Assembly: GCA_964551375.1 (NCBI GenBank)
Contig: CAZKBG010000001.1
Span: 90,001-122,000 of the forward strand
Length of the DNA stretch: 32,000 nucleotides
Source of the DNA: an uncultured archaeon
GTDB lineage: Archaea > Iainarchaeota > Iainarchaeia > Iainarchaeales > JAAZKV01
Direction: 5' to 3'
Below, in pieces: positions 16,316 to 25,745 of this stretch. The notes beneath the pieces were generated by a model, which searched no databases, was not told where the DNA came from, and worked only from the letters and a program-made list of their open reading frames with translations. Both the position numbers and the translations under genes were made by a program. Positions within the stretch are counted from its first letter, which is position 1. Each line of letters begins with the position of its first letter.

Positions 16316-16333
16316 TTTCGACTATTGTCGAAA
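16316..16333. promoter_or_regulatory. Perfect palindrome between the truD stop and the hicB promoter (operator or terminator)
   Basis: TTTCGAC-tatt-GTCGAAA, a 7-bp stem, abuts the truD stop codon (16334..16336) and lies 13 nt upstream of the hicB TATA-like box. Confidence 0.3.
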
Positions 16334-17362
16334 CTATTTTTTGTTTTTTTCAAGCCAAGCGGAGAGGAATTTTAAAAATACGGTTGCATATTCTCCCCTT
16401 CCAAGTTCAAAGTTCAGTTCAAATATATTATCCTTCACATTCCTTGCGTTAAATTTTCCTGCAGAAGTGAATGTTCTTCTAACTAGTGTTCCTTTTCTGA
16501 AATTTTTCTCAAATTCAGTAGGTTCAATTGTTAATTCTCTTGTGAATGCTTTTGAGGAACTCATAGCAAATTGGGGTTTGTCATCATTTTGCCCAACTAT
16601 TTGAGCATAAATATTATCTGGTTTTCTTTCTTTAGCAAGTTCATTTAATTTTTCATTAAATCTCATAGCCTGCGCGGTTTTAACTAAAATTTTCACGCTC
16701 TTTGGCTCGGCATGCAAAAAAGCTCCCTTAAAATCAAGAGGGTTCTTTTTCAAATATTCAAACAAAATAACTTTCTTTGTTTCCTTAACTTCAACATCCT
16801 GCATTATCTTTTCCCAATTTCCCCAATTCTTCAAAACAATTTCCTTGATTTTAGCGCTTTTAGGAGTATCAAACTTGCTTGCCTTCGTTACAAAAACTTT
16901 TAACGCGTTTTCATAATCGCCTTTAGCAATTAATCTCGCTGATTCAACGTTGTTTTTTGAAAACCTCTGCTCGCCAAAGTAATTGCATACCAGTTCATTA
17001 CTTGCCTTAAAATGCTTAATTGCCTTTAAATCCCCTTCTTCAAATTCCACAGTTACATTAAACACATTCCCTTTATGTTTCCCGACAAAAATTCTTTCAT
17101 TAGAATTTCCCCTAAATTTAATTTTAAAATCAGGCTCATTCACTTCCTCAACAGGCTCCTCAGTGCAAAACCACTGCTTAGTGCTTGCATTCTTGTCCTT
17201 AACCCCGCAAAACCAAGCCTTAACTCCAATTCTCTTCTTAGCTTCCTTATGGCTGATTCCTTCTTTATCAAGAATATAATAGTAATATTTCCCGCTATTT
17301 CCAAGCGTTGGGTTAAACAGCTCTCTAACTGAAAAAGTTTCTGGATTAAGTTTATACTTCAT
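16334..17362 (-). CDS. truD: tRNA pseudouridine synthase D (TruD/Pus7 family)
   Basis: GVKDKNASTKQ is an exact fit to the G-x-K-D-x-x-A-x-T-x-Q catalytic motif, and NYFGEQRFS fits the NYFG-x-QRF motif. A TTTATATA box sits at 17404..17411. Confidence 0.88.
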   Translation of the reverse strand: MKYKLNPETFSVRELFNPTLGNSGKYYYYILDKEGISHKEAKKRIGVKAWFCGVKDKNASTKQWFCTEEPVEEVNEPDFKIKFRGNSNERIFVGKHKGNVFNVTVEFEEGDLKAIKHFKASNELVCNYFGEQRFSKNNVESARLIAKGDYENALKVFVTKASKFDTPKSAKIKEIVLKNWGNWEKIMQDVEVKETKKVILFEYLKKNPLDFKGAFLHAEPKSVKILVKTAQAMRFNEKLNELAKERKPDNIYAQIVGQNDDKPQFAMSSSKAFTRELTIEPTEFEKNFRKGTLVRRTFTSAGKFNARNVKDNIFELNFELGRGEYATVFLKFLSAWLEKNKK

Positions 17363-17430
17363 AATTAATCATTGGTTCATTAAGTAAAATTTGGTTAATT
17401 AAGTATATAAAGGCTGAATTTGTGGTTTTT

Positions 17431-19032
17431 TTACTTATTAATAGGAATATAACTTGGCTCCTCAAACTCAAACACTTTAACTGCCCCGCTCGAGTTTTCA
17501 ATTCCTAAAAAAGGAGTTTTAGCGGTTTTCTTTTCAAATACCTTAATTTCATGGAATTTTCTAACTATTCTAATCATCTGCCCCTGATTATTAACTTCCA
17601 TGCTTATTGCATTAGAACTATTTTCAAGCAAACTCTTCGAAACCCACATATGCTGTTCGTCAGCAATAGCATATAATTTTGGGGTTGTTAAAACTCCGGC
17701 TATTTGGAGCGCATTGTAATTAGCAACGTTTGAAAAGTCATTTCTATCAAGATAATAATTGTAAATAGGAAGATCAGGCACAATTAGAATAGCGTCAGCA
17801 GGAATATTTGTCTTTGCCCATTCTCCAGCTTCTTTAACATTGACAAGATTTTCTATATTCCAGTAATAACTTCCATCCACGCTTTCAAATGCATACACTT
17901 GCGCTCCAAGAACGGCTAAGATAAGTATAATTGGGATAACTGCGCTTTTTGTTTTCTGATATATTCCTCCTACTGCAATTGCCATAAACACCGCTATTGG
18001 AATAGCAAGAACTGAAAGGAACCTTGTCATGGCATAACCCCACCAGAAGTAAAACAAAATTGAGAGAATGCTAAATATTAGCAGGGCATTTGCAAGCTTG
18101 TTTTTTTCCGTTCTTTTAAGATAAAAGTAAATTCCAATAATTGCAACCGCAAGCACTATTATGTTCAAATTAAGTATTTTTGAGAAAAAGTCCATATTGA
18201 ATGGAGTGTACTGCTCGCTCGCGTAAGAATTTCCAAACATTGTTTGTGAAATTGATTCATTTCGCATAATCCAAGGCGCAAGTATTATTCCAAACAAAAT
18301 AACTCCAATAATAAACCCGCCAAAAATAATCCTTAAAGGCTTTTTTCGATTTTCAATAACTTCCATTATCCCAGTAGTAGCAATCGTCACAAACCCAGTG
18401 TATCTAATTAGTGTTGAAAAACCCATTAATAAAAATCCAATAAAATATGCTGCTTTTTGCTTAATGCTGGTTCCTTTCAAAGTAGCGCGCTTGAATTTTA
18501 CTGCAAGATAAAGCCCTGCAAGTGTGAATAAGCCAAATACAGTTTCAGTCATTCCCGCAACTGAGTACTCCAAAATCAAAAATGAAGTTGCAGTAAAAAA
18601 TGCTGTGAGTATGCCAAACTTTTTCCCAAATTCTCTTCCAAACAAATAAGCCAGCGGAATTGTGAGAGATCCTGCAATCAGTGCCACTAACTGCGAAGCA
18701 AATAATTCATCTTTTGTAAAAAAATTCATGATTCCTATAAGAAATGGAAATCCGGGAGGGTATTTTTGATGCTCAATTCCGGCAAATAATGAATAACTTC
18801 CTTTTTCAAACATGTTTTTTGAAAGCGCCATGTACCAATAAGCGTCCTGGCTGGGGTTAGTTTTTGCTCCCAAAAGAAGCGGAATAGTTATGACAAAAAA
18901 TAAGACTACTATTAATCCAAGAACAATTAAATGATTTTTCTCAACCAAACCCAAAAACTTTTCCACTGATTGATTTGGTACTTTGGGCTCTTTTTTTGGG
19001 GTGTTCCCATCTTTTCTTAAAAATTTTACCAT
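17431..19032 (-). CDS. GT-C fold glycosyltransferase (GT39/GT83, ArnT/PMT-like, COG1807)
   Basis: 533 aa with more than 10 predicted TM helices. The first extracytoplasmic loop has the D-x-x-Y-W-Y...A...M context (SQDAYWYMALSKNMFEKG) typical of polyprenyl-phosphate-sugar-dependent GT-C enzymes. A C-terminal soluble domain of about 150 aa follows. Confidence 0.75.
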   Translation of the reverse strand: MVKFLRKDGNTPKKEPKVPNQSVEKFLGLVEKNHLIVLGLIVVLFFVITIPLLLGAKTNPSQDAYWYMALSKNMFEKGSYSLFAGIEHQKYPPGFPFLIGIMNFFTKDELFASQLVALIAGSLTIPLAYLFGREFGKKFGILTAFFTATSFLILEYSVAGMTETVFGLFTLAGLYLAVKFKRATLKGTSIKQKAAYFIGFLLMGFSTLIRYTGFVTIATTGIMEVIENRKKPLRIIFGGFIIGVILFGIILAPWIMRNESISQTMFGNSYASEQYTPFNMDFFSKILNLNIIVLAVAIIGIYFYLKRTEKNKLANALLIFSILSILFYFWWGYAMTRFLSVLAIPIAVFMAIAVGGIYQKTKSAVIPIILILAVLGAQVYAFESVDGSYYWNIENLVNVKEAGEWAKTNIPADAILIVPDLPIYNYYLDRNDFSNVANYNALQIAGVLTTPKLYAIADEQHMWVSKSLLENSSNAISMEVNNQGQMIRIVRKFHEIKVFEKKTAKTPFLGIENSSGAVKVFEFEEPSYIPINK

Positions 19033-19034
19033 TT

Positions 19035-19730
19035 TTACCGAACTCTATTTCTCACTAAATACCAAAATGCCTTAATCCCATCATTAACCGAAATCTTTTT
19101 TTCAAGCTTTTCTCTTGCAGTGTAGCTTATTGGAACTTCCTTTATTTTAATCTTTTTCTTTAATAGTTTGATAGTAATTTCAGGCTCAATTTGAAAATCA
19201 TCAGAAGCAAGGTTTAATTCCTGAAGCAAATCAGTTCGAATAAGTTTGTACCCTGTCTCCATATCGGTTATTTTTTGCCCGTACAAAATGCTTGTAAGCG
19301 TCGAAAGAAACTTGTTTCCAATAAGATGCGTTTTACTTATTCCTTTAACAGTTCCCATAAATCTTGAACCATAAACCGCATCGCAGTCCTTTGTCTCGCA
19401 AAGCATTGTCGGAATATCATTTGGATTATATTCCAAATCAGCGTCTTGGATTAGAATAAACTCTCCGTTAGCTTTGCTTATCCCTTGTTTTATGGCATGC
19501 CCCTTTCCGGCATTATTTAAATAACTGTGAACAGTAATTTTACTGCCTTTTTGCTTTTCTTTAACTTTTTTTATAATCTCAAGGCTGTTATCTTTTGAAC
19601 CATCATTTACTATAATTAGTTCCTTGTCCCAGTCTTTTGGAGTAAATGCAATCACCTGATTAAGCGCCACTTCAATTCGCTTTTCTTCATTATAAACAGG
19701 AATTACAATTGAAAGCAATTTTTTCTTCAT
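19035..19730 (-). CDS. GT2 glycosyltransferase, polyprenyl/dolichyl-phosphate hexose synthase-like (DPM1/GtrB-like)
   Basis: LSIVIPVYNEE, IIVNDGSKDNS, LIQDADLEY (DxD). 231 aa with no TM segment. The stop of the next gene in the operon is 2 nt away. Confidence 0.82.
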   Translation of the reverse strand: MKKKLLSIVIPVYNEEKRIEVALNQVIAFTPKDWDKELIIVNDGSKDNSLEIIKKVKEKQKGSKITVHSYLNNAGKGHAIKQGISKANGEFILIQDADLEYNPNDIPTMLCETKDCDAVYGSRFMGTVKGISKTHLIGNKFLSTLTSILYGQKITDMETGYKLIRTDLLQELNLASDDFQIEPEITIKLLKKKIKIKEVPISYTAREKLEKKISVNDGIKAFWYLVRNRVR

Positions 19731-19778
19731 AAAACCACGCTGATTTTGACTTAATTTCCACTATTTTTTTATGGTTAA

Positions 19779-20177
19779 TTACTTCATCTTCCCAAAAGTA
19801 ATTTTTTTATTCATGGTATAATTATAAGCAAAAGCCGTAATTATAGCCCCCAACTTTGCAAGTAAAGGTGGTGCAGACAATATTTCAACATATGCAACAG
19901 TGCTAATCCAGTTAATTATAAGCCCCCCAATTGCAATTAAGAGAAAAACAGCAATTTGCTTGTGCTTTTTTGAATAAGTATTCTTGAAAGTGAATTTTCG
20001 CTGAAAAATATAATTTAAAGTAATTGCGATAATAAACGAAATAGGAGCGCTTATCCAATAATCAATCCTTCCAAGATTAATCATCATCCAAAAAGAAGAA
20101 AGCTCAACCGCAGCAGCCACTGCTCCGAAAAAACAGTACTTAATCAGCTGTTTGTTTTGTTTTATCAGATTTTTCAT
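19779..20177 (-). CDS. gtrA: GtrA family membrane protein (putative lipid-linked sugar translocation)
   Basis: 132 aa with four TM helices. KYCFFGAVAAAVELSSF...NYIFQRKFTFKN fits the GtrA-like pattern. Confidence 0.75.
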   Translation of the reverse strand: MKNLIKQNKQLIKYCFFGAVAAAVELSSFWMMINLGRIDYWISAPISFIIAITLNYIFQRKFTFKNTYSKKHKQIAVFLLIAIGGLIINWISTVAYVEILSAPPLLAKLGAIITAFAYNYTMNKKITFGKMK

Positions 20178-20229
20178 AAAAATATCCTGTTATATAGAAC
20201 AATTATTTAATTAAAGCGTTTGATTTGTT

Positions 20230-21555
20230 TTAGCGTCCTATGCTTTTATAGTTAAATCCAAATTTTTTCATTTCTTTTGGATCAAATAAATTTCTCCCAT
20301 CCACTAAGTTAGGCTCTTTCATTAAAGAAATTACTTTTTTAAGGTCAAGCTCTTTGAACTCTTTCCAATCAGTAACAATAACTGCTGCGCTGCTGTTTTC
20401 TAAGGCTTCATATGCTGTTTTTGCATAATTAATATTTGGTATAATTGTCTTCATTTTTTCTTCAGCTTTTGGATCAAATGCGCTCACAATTGCGCCAGTT
20501 TTTTGCAGTTCTTTAATTAATATAATTGCAGGCGATTCTCTGACATCATCAGTTTTTGGCTTGTAAGCAAGTCCAAGAACAGCAATTTTTTTGTTTTTTA
20601 CGGTTTTAACTAAGCTAATGGTTTTAGCAAACAGTTTTTTCTTCTGCAGTTCATTTACTTCATCAATTGCGCGTGTGATTTTATTATTGCATCCGTATTT
20701 TTCCATTGTCTTTGATAATGCTCTGACATCTTTAGGAAAACAGCTCCCACCATATCCAGCCCCCGCTGAAAGAAACTTTGCTCCAATCCGGTCATCAAGC
20801 CCCATTCCGTAAGAAATTTGCTTAATATCAGCGCCAACTTTTTCGCTTAATTCGGATAGCTCGTTCATAAAAGAAACTCTTAATGCAAGCATGGTGTTGC
20901 TGGCGTATTTGATTAGTTCAGCAGTTTTTGGATTAGTGAGCATAACCTCTTTCTTTCCGCTTGTTCCTTCGGCATAAACGCTTGCAACAGTTCTTCCATC
21001 GCTCTCATTTTCAGCGCCGATTACAATTCTTTCATTGTCAAAATCCCTCAGCGCGCTGCCTTCAGCCAAAAATTCTGGATTTGAAACAACAGCAAAATCA
21101 ATCGCTTTTTTTAGCTCGCCATTAGAAACTCTTTTTTTAAGTTCTCCATCAATTATGGCAGTTACTCTATCCACAGTCCCTACCGGCACGGTGCATTTAT
21201 TCACCACAATTTTTCTTGAATTCATTAGTTTTCCTATTTCTTTTGCAGCAGCGTCAACATGTTCAAGATTTGCTTCTCCGTTTTCTTTCTGAGGGGTGCC
21301 GACAGCAATAAAAATAATGTCTCCATGCGTAATTCCTTCTTTTCCAGAATTAGTAAATTTAATTTTTTTATTAGAAATAGCCTTTTTTAACGCAACATCA
21401 AGCCCGTCTTCATAAATAGTTGGAATTCCACTGCTTAGCTTGTCAACTTTTGATTTATCCACATCAAGACAACAAACCGAGTGCCCCTTATTTGCAAAGC
21501 ATACGCCGGCAATAAGCCCAACGTACCCTGTTCCTATAATGGTAATGGCATGCAT
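20230..21555 (-). CDS. ugd: UDP-glucose 6-dehydrogenase
   Basis: N-terminal IIGTGYVGL NAD fold, catalytic GGSCFPKD, and a C-terminal UDP-binding domain. 441 aa. TTTAAAAG box at 21581..21588, 26-33 nt upstream of the ATG. Confidence 0.92.
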   Translation of the reverse strand: MHAITIIGTGYVGLIAGVCFANKGHSVCCLDVDKSKVDKLSSGIPTIYEDGLDVALKKAISNKKIKFTNSGKEGITHGDIIFIAVGTPQKENGEANLEHVDAAAKEIGKLMNSRKIVVNKCTVPVGTVDRVTAIIDGELKKRVSNGELKKAIDFAVVSNPEFLAEGSALRDFDNERIVIGAENESDGRTVASVYAEGTSGKKEVMLTNPKTAELIKYASNTMLALRVSFMNELSELSEKVGADIKQISYGMGLDDRIGAKFLSAGAGYGGSCFPKDVRALSKTMEKYGCNNKITRAIDEVNELQKKKLFAKTISLVKTVKNKKIAVLGLAYKPKTDDVRESPAIILIKELQKTGAIVSAFDPKAEEKMKTIIPNINYAKTAYEALENSSAAVIVTDWKEFKELDLKKVISLMKEPNLVDGRNLFDPKEMKKFGFNYKSIGR

Positions 21556-21646
21556 CTAATAAAAAATGAGTTCTTTTTGGCTTTTAAACCAATCTAGTGC
21601 AAAAATAATTCACTAAAAAGAGCCGCTATTTTTGTCCTAAAACGTA

Positions 21647-21654
21647 TTTAAATA
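21647..21654 (+). promoter_or_regulatory. TATA box for the plus-strand glycan cluster
   Basis: TTTAAATA, 56-63 nt upstream of ATG 21710, in the divergent gap shared with ugd. Confidence 0.3.
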
Positions 21655-21709
21655 AGATAAACCTCTTTTTGTTAAGGGCTAAAGATAATTGTTTGATTAG
21701 GGATAATGT

Positions 21710-22591
21710 ATGGGGCTTCCAATAGTTTTTATTCAAAAAGACGATGCTCGTTTTCTTAACCTTGCGCTGGTAAGGGCAAAAGCATCAAATCCTGATTCAA
21801 GACTGATTGTAATAGGGGATAATTTATCTCCCAAGCTTGACTTTGCTGAATATTATTCTATGAAAGGGTTGTCAAAAGGAGCCAATAAATTTAATGAAAA
21901 ATATGTTCATTTAAGCACGGTGGGGTTTGATTTTGAGCTATTTTGCTTTCAGAGGTGGTTTGTGTTAAACGAGTTCATGCATAAAGAAAAAATTAACTCC
22001 TGCCTTCATCTTGACCACGATGTTTTGCTTTATTCAAATGTGACTCTTAATCAAAAAGAGTTCTCAAAAGCGCCTTTTGCATATTCCTTTGGCACAAGCG
22101 GGCATTGTTTTTTTATTAATGATTTAAAACAGTTTGACAAGCTTTGCGAGTTCATTACCTCTTTTTACACGGACAAAAAACGCCTTGCTGGGTTAAGAAA
22201 TATGTATGAGGACAGACTGCAAAAGCATTTACTCGGCGGGGTGTGCGACATGACTGCTCTTAAGATTTTTGCGCAGGAAAATCCAAAACTGGTTATGGAT
22301 GTTTCAGAGATAACTACAAGCGGGATTTTTGACCATAATATTAATGCATCTGACGGGTTTGAAACATTTTGCGGATTAAAAAAAATTATTGTCAAAAATG
22401 GCCTGCCTTTTGTAATTGTTAAAAGCACAAAAAAGATTGTTCCTCTAAAAGCAATACACATGCAGAGGCTTGCAAAATCATTAATGAGAAAGTTTAGCGA
22501 CTGCAATTTCAGCAGAACAAACATAATTTTTGACTACTTATTAAAGAGGGCTAAAAAAATTGCAAAAATAATTCTTAAGAAGGGCGCTTAA
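21710..22591 (+). CDS. Hypothetical protein, possible nucleotide-sugar glycosyltransferase (unassigned family)
   Basis: 293 aa and soluble. The N-terminal beta-alpha start PIVFIQKDD, the acidic LHLDHDVLL (DxD-like) and its position as first gene of the cluster suggest a GT-A-like enzyme. I could not assign a family. Confidence 0.5.
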   Translation: MGLPIVFIQKDDARFLNLALVRAKASNPDSRLIVIGDNLSPKLDFAEYYSMKGLSKGANKFNEKYVHLSTVGFDFELFCFQRWFVLNEFMHKEKINSCLHLDHDVLLYSNVTLNQKEFSKAPFAYSFGTSGHCFFINDLKQFDKLCEFITSFYTDKKRLAGLRNMYEDRLQKHLLGGVCDMTALKIFAQENPKLVMDVSEITTSGIFDHNINASDGFETFCGLKKIIVKNGLPFVIVKSTKKIVPLKAIHMQRLAKSLMRKFSDCNFSRTNIIFDYLLKRAKKIAKIILKKGA

Positions 22592-22592
22592 A

Positions 22593-23918
22593 ATGGATGA
22601 AATAGTGAAAAAAATTAAGGATAAGCTTTTTTCAAGAAAATCTCTGGTTGATGTTTTCAAAAACATGGGGTGGCTGACTTTTGACAAATTCTTCAAACTG
22701 TTTACTGGCTTTATTGTTGGAATATGGGTGGTAAGATACCTTGGTCCTGAACAGTTTGGTATTTGGAGTTATGCGCTTGCATTTGTTTCATTTATTTCAA
22801 TAATCTCCTTTACCGGCTTAAGCGAAGTAGTTGTAAGAGATTTAATAAAAGACGAGAAACGAAGCGGAAAAATAATGGGGACTTCTTTTGCTATCCGAAT
22901 GGTTGGAGCAATCTTGACATTTTTGGTTTCGCTTCTATTAATTCCTTTCTTTAAACAGGATTTTGAAATGTTTATTTATGTTGCAATTATAGCTTTTGGA
23001 ATAATAATTCAGTCATTTGATGTCACCGAGCTTTGGTTTCAGGCAAGAATCCGATCAAAATATGCAATAATAGCAAGAACTGTTTCAGGAGTCGCAACTT
23101 CCGCATTCAAATTAGCGTTAATATTCATGTCAGCTCCGTTGATTTACTTTGTTTTTTCAGGGCTGCTTGACATAGCGATTGGAAGTGTTGGGATAATGTA
23201 TTTTTATCATAAGCACAAGCAGTCAATACGCCTCTGGAAGTTTGATAAAAAGTTCTTGATTGAACTGCTTAGAGACGGCTGGCCGCTGATTTTATCAGGA
23301 ATTGCAATTTTTGTTTACATGCGAATAGACCAGCTAATGATAGGACAGATGCTTGGCGAAACTGAACTTGGGCTTTATTCAGTAGCAGTAAAACTTGCTG
23401 AACTATGGTACTTTGTTCCAGGGATAATTGTAAGTTCAGTTCTTCCTGCAATTATTTCCGCAAAGTCAAGGGATGAAGAACTCTATAAATCAAGATTTCT
23501 AAAATTATACACAGTGCTCGCATGGGTTGCAATAGGAATAGCAATTCCGGTTTCAGTGTTATCTCCATATATTGTTGGAATACTTTACGGCCCCGAATAT
23601 GTCGGCGCTTCGCTTTCTTTAGCAATTTCAATATGGGGTGGAGTAGGGGTGTTTTTAGGAACAGCATCCACACAGTACCTTGTAATTGAAAAGAAAACCA
23701 TGTTTTCACTTTATAGAGCAGTTGTAGGAATGTTTATCAATTTTGGATTAAATCTGGTTCTGATTCCAATGTTTGGAATAAGCGGTGCGGCAATTGCCAC
23801 ATTTGTTTCATACTCCCTTGTCACATTTTCTTTGTTCATCTTCAAGGACACACGGGAGCATGCTAAGTTATTTTTTAGGGCGCTTTCGCCAAAAAGCGTA
23901 TTTGATTTATTTAAGTGA
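22593..23918 (+). CDS. wzx: Wzx-type oligosaccharide flippase (MOP superfamily polysaccharide biosynthesis protein)
   Basis: 441 aa with about 12 TM helices. The N-terminal KNMGWLTFDKFFKLFTGFIVGIWVVRYLGPEQFG resembles the PF01943-type signature. It starts 2 nt after the upstream stop. Confidence 0.8.
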   Translation: MDEIVKKIKDKLFSRKSLVDVFKNMGWLTFDKFFKLFTGFIVGIWVVRYLGPEQFGIWSYALAFVSFISIISFTGLSEVVVRDLIKDEKRSGKIMGTSFAIRMVGAILTFLVSLLLIPFFKQDFEMFIYVAIIAFGIIIQSFDVTELWFQARIRSKYAIIARTVSGVATSAFKLALIFMSAPLIYFVFSGLLDIAIGSVGIMYFYHKHKQSIRLWKFDKKFLIELLRDGWPLILSGIAIFVYMRIDQLMIGQMLGETELGLYSVAVKLAELWYFVPGIIVSSVLPAIISAKSRDEELYKSRFLKLYTVLAWVAIGIAIPVSVLSPYIVGILYGPEYVGASLSLAISIWGGVGVFLGTASTQYLVIEKKTMFSLYRAVVGMFINFGLNLVLIPMFGISGAAIATFVSYSLVTFSLFIFKDTREHAKLFFRALSPKSVFDLFK

Positions 23919-23949
23919 TTTTATGCTGGTTAGCACAATTATTTTTGAG

Positions 23950-23983
23950 AGCAAAAAAAGCCTTTGTTTAAAGCTTTTTTGCT
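23950..23983 (+). terminator. Hairpin after wzx (terminator or attenuator candidate)
   Basis: agcaaaaaaagc / gcttttttgct form an 11-bp stem with one bulged A and an 11-nt loop, followed by ttt. It lies 32 nt after the wzx stop. Confidence 0.3.
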
Positions 23984-24015
23984 TTGAAGTGATTTAATAT
24001 TGTTTAGGTGAAGTT

Positions 24016-24969
24016 ATGGAAGAAAAACCAGTTGAGAAAAAAAGAAGCGAATTTAAACTGCTTTTAGATAGACTTGGAATTACTAAATTTGTCAGAGACT
24101 CAAGAACTAATATTTATTATGTATTTTTTCACACTGTGTTAATGCCAGCTGATTATAGCGGGCAAAAAGCAGCTGATGCTATATACGAACGCATAATGTC
24201 AAAGAAACCGACTATGATTTGCCGATATGGGAAGGTAGAAATTAATGCAATGAAAGAAATGGCCCTTATTTTAAATGAAGAAAATGAGTATACTGATGAG
24301 AATTTTTCCTTGCTTGAAACTAACGCTGGGTTTTTCCCGATAACTTATAAATCTGTTAAGAATTTTTACGAACGCATGTGTAAAGATTCAAAAGAAATTG
24401 ATATGCTTGGAAGCTGGTGTTCTGAAGAGATCTATTTTAAGGATTTGATAAAGAATTCAAAAAAAATAGTCCTAAGAGACATTACTCCTTTTTATTCTTC
24501 TAAGCCCTGGTCAAGAGCATTGGCGGGAAAAAAAGTTCTCGTGATTAGTCCATTCTCTGAAACTATCCAAAAACAGTACAAAAAAAGAGAAAAATTATTT
24601 GAAAACCCGTTGATTTTGCCAAAGTTTGAGCTTACTACTCTAAGATCAGTCAATTCCATTAAGGGAAATGATGTTGGGTTTAAGGACTGGTTTGCAGCAC
24701 TAAAGCACATGGAAAATCAAATTTCAAAAATAGATTTTGATGTAGCAATTCTTGGCTGCGGAGCATATGGATTCCCTCTTGCTGCACACATAAAAAGAAT
24801 GGGCAAAATCTCTATTCATTTAGGCGGGTCCACACAATTACTGTTTGGAGTTAAAGGGAAGAGATGGGAAGAGCATAGTTTTAAGCTGATTAATGAACAC
24901 TGGGTAAGACCGTCAAGAAAGGAACGCCCTAAAAATTATAAGAATGTTGAGGGCGGAACTTATTGGTAA
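24016..24969 (+). CDS. Hypothetical protein, possible GT-D (DUF1792-like) glycosyltransferase
   Basis: 317 aa. MICRYGKVEINAM resembles the R-F-G-D-G-E start of DUF1792, and VAILGCGAYGFPLAAHIKRMGKISIHLGG resembles its C-terminal G-x-G...G-x-x-A-I-D-x-G region. AGGTGA Shine-Dalgarno-like sequence upstream. Weak by-eye assignment. Confidence 0.45.
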   Translation: MEEKPVEKKRSEFKLLLDRLGITKFVRDSRTNIYYVFFHTVLMPADYSGQKAADAIYERIMSKKPTMICRYGKVEINAMKEMALILNEENEYTDENFSLLETNAGFFPITYKSVKNFYERMCKDSKEIDMLGSWCSEEIYFKDLIKNSKKIVLRDITPFYSSKPWSRALAGKKVLVISPFSETIQKQYKKREKLFENPLILPKFELTTLRSVNSIKGNDVGFKDWFAALKHMENQISKIDFDVAILGCGAYGFPLAAHIKRMGKISIHLGGSTQLLFGVKGKRWEEHSFKLINEHWVRPSRKERPKNYKNVEGGTYW

Positions 24970-25030
24970 TGCTGGAATAATGATTGATTTAAATAAATGT
25001 ATTTTACTTATTGGTTAATTGGTGGTGTAG

Positions 25031-25714
25031 ATGGTTGTTGGTGGAAGGACTATAAATAGGATATTAAAAAAATTTGAATCCCCTCGGTTTGTTAGATATA
25101 GTGGGCACACTTTTATCAATGACATACCAAAAGATCCAATAGTTGTTGATTTGGGCGGAAATCATGGCGATTTTGCTAATGAGTTTTTATCAAAGCATAA
25201 ATGCAAGCGGTATTTTTGTGTTGAACCAGACCCTGAAATGGTTGGGTATATAAAAAATAGACTTAAAAAGTACCCTTTTGTTGAACTTCAAAATGTTGCT
25301 GTTGGGCCTGATGAGAAAAACATCTCTTTTTTTGTCGCAGAATCAACAGGGGCGAATTCATTATTCAAAGATTTTGCTGTTAAACAAGGGTTAAAAAAAG
25401 AAATTAAAGTTGACAGTTATTCGCTTGATTCTCTTTTTAAAAAGTATAACATTACTAATGTTGACTGGTTGAAAGTGGATATTGAAGGTGGAGAGTGGGA
25501 TCTTCTTTTGAATGCCAGCGATGAAGTATTGCTTAAGATATCGCAGATTTCAATAGAGTTTCACAATTTTTTAGACTTTTGGAATAAGGATTATTTTGAT
25601 AAAACACAAAAAATAATTGAAAGATATTATTCACTTGGATTTAGACCTTATTTTAAGGAGCCTGATTATTCAGATTTGCTTTTTGTAAATAAAAACAAGA
25701 TTTCTGGAGTGTAA
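25031..25714 (+). CDS. FkbM family methyltransferase
   Basis: VVDLGGNHGDF (D-x-G-A-N-x-G variant) and WLKVDIEGGEWDLL (K-x-D-x-E-G-x-E). GGTGGTG lies upstream, and a TTTAAATA box sits at 24988..24995. Confidence 0.8.
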   Translation: MVVGGRTINRILKKFESPRFVRYSGHTFINDIPKDPIVVDLGGNHGDFANEFLSKHKCKRYFCVEPDPEMVGYIKNRLKKYPFVELQNVAVGPDEKNISFFVAESTGANSLFKDFAVKQGLKKEIKVDSYSLDSLFKKYNITNVDWLKVDIEGGEWDLLLNASDEVLLKISQISIEFHNFLDFWNKDYFDKTQKIIERYYSLGFRPYFKEPDYSDLLFVNKNKISGV

Positions 25715-25745
25715 AATTATTTTGATTTTATTTAGAGTGGTGTTG

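Noticed and set aside
18031-18045. A WWGYA pentapeptide in the GT-C protein that resembles the WWDYG signature of the AglB/STT3 oligosaccharyltransferase.
   Set aside because: The motif lies inside a predicted TM helix and two more helices follow it. The Asp is missing, and the protein is short with ArnT/PMT-type first-loop residues. I therefore call it a generic GT-C enzyme, not the OST.
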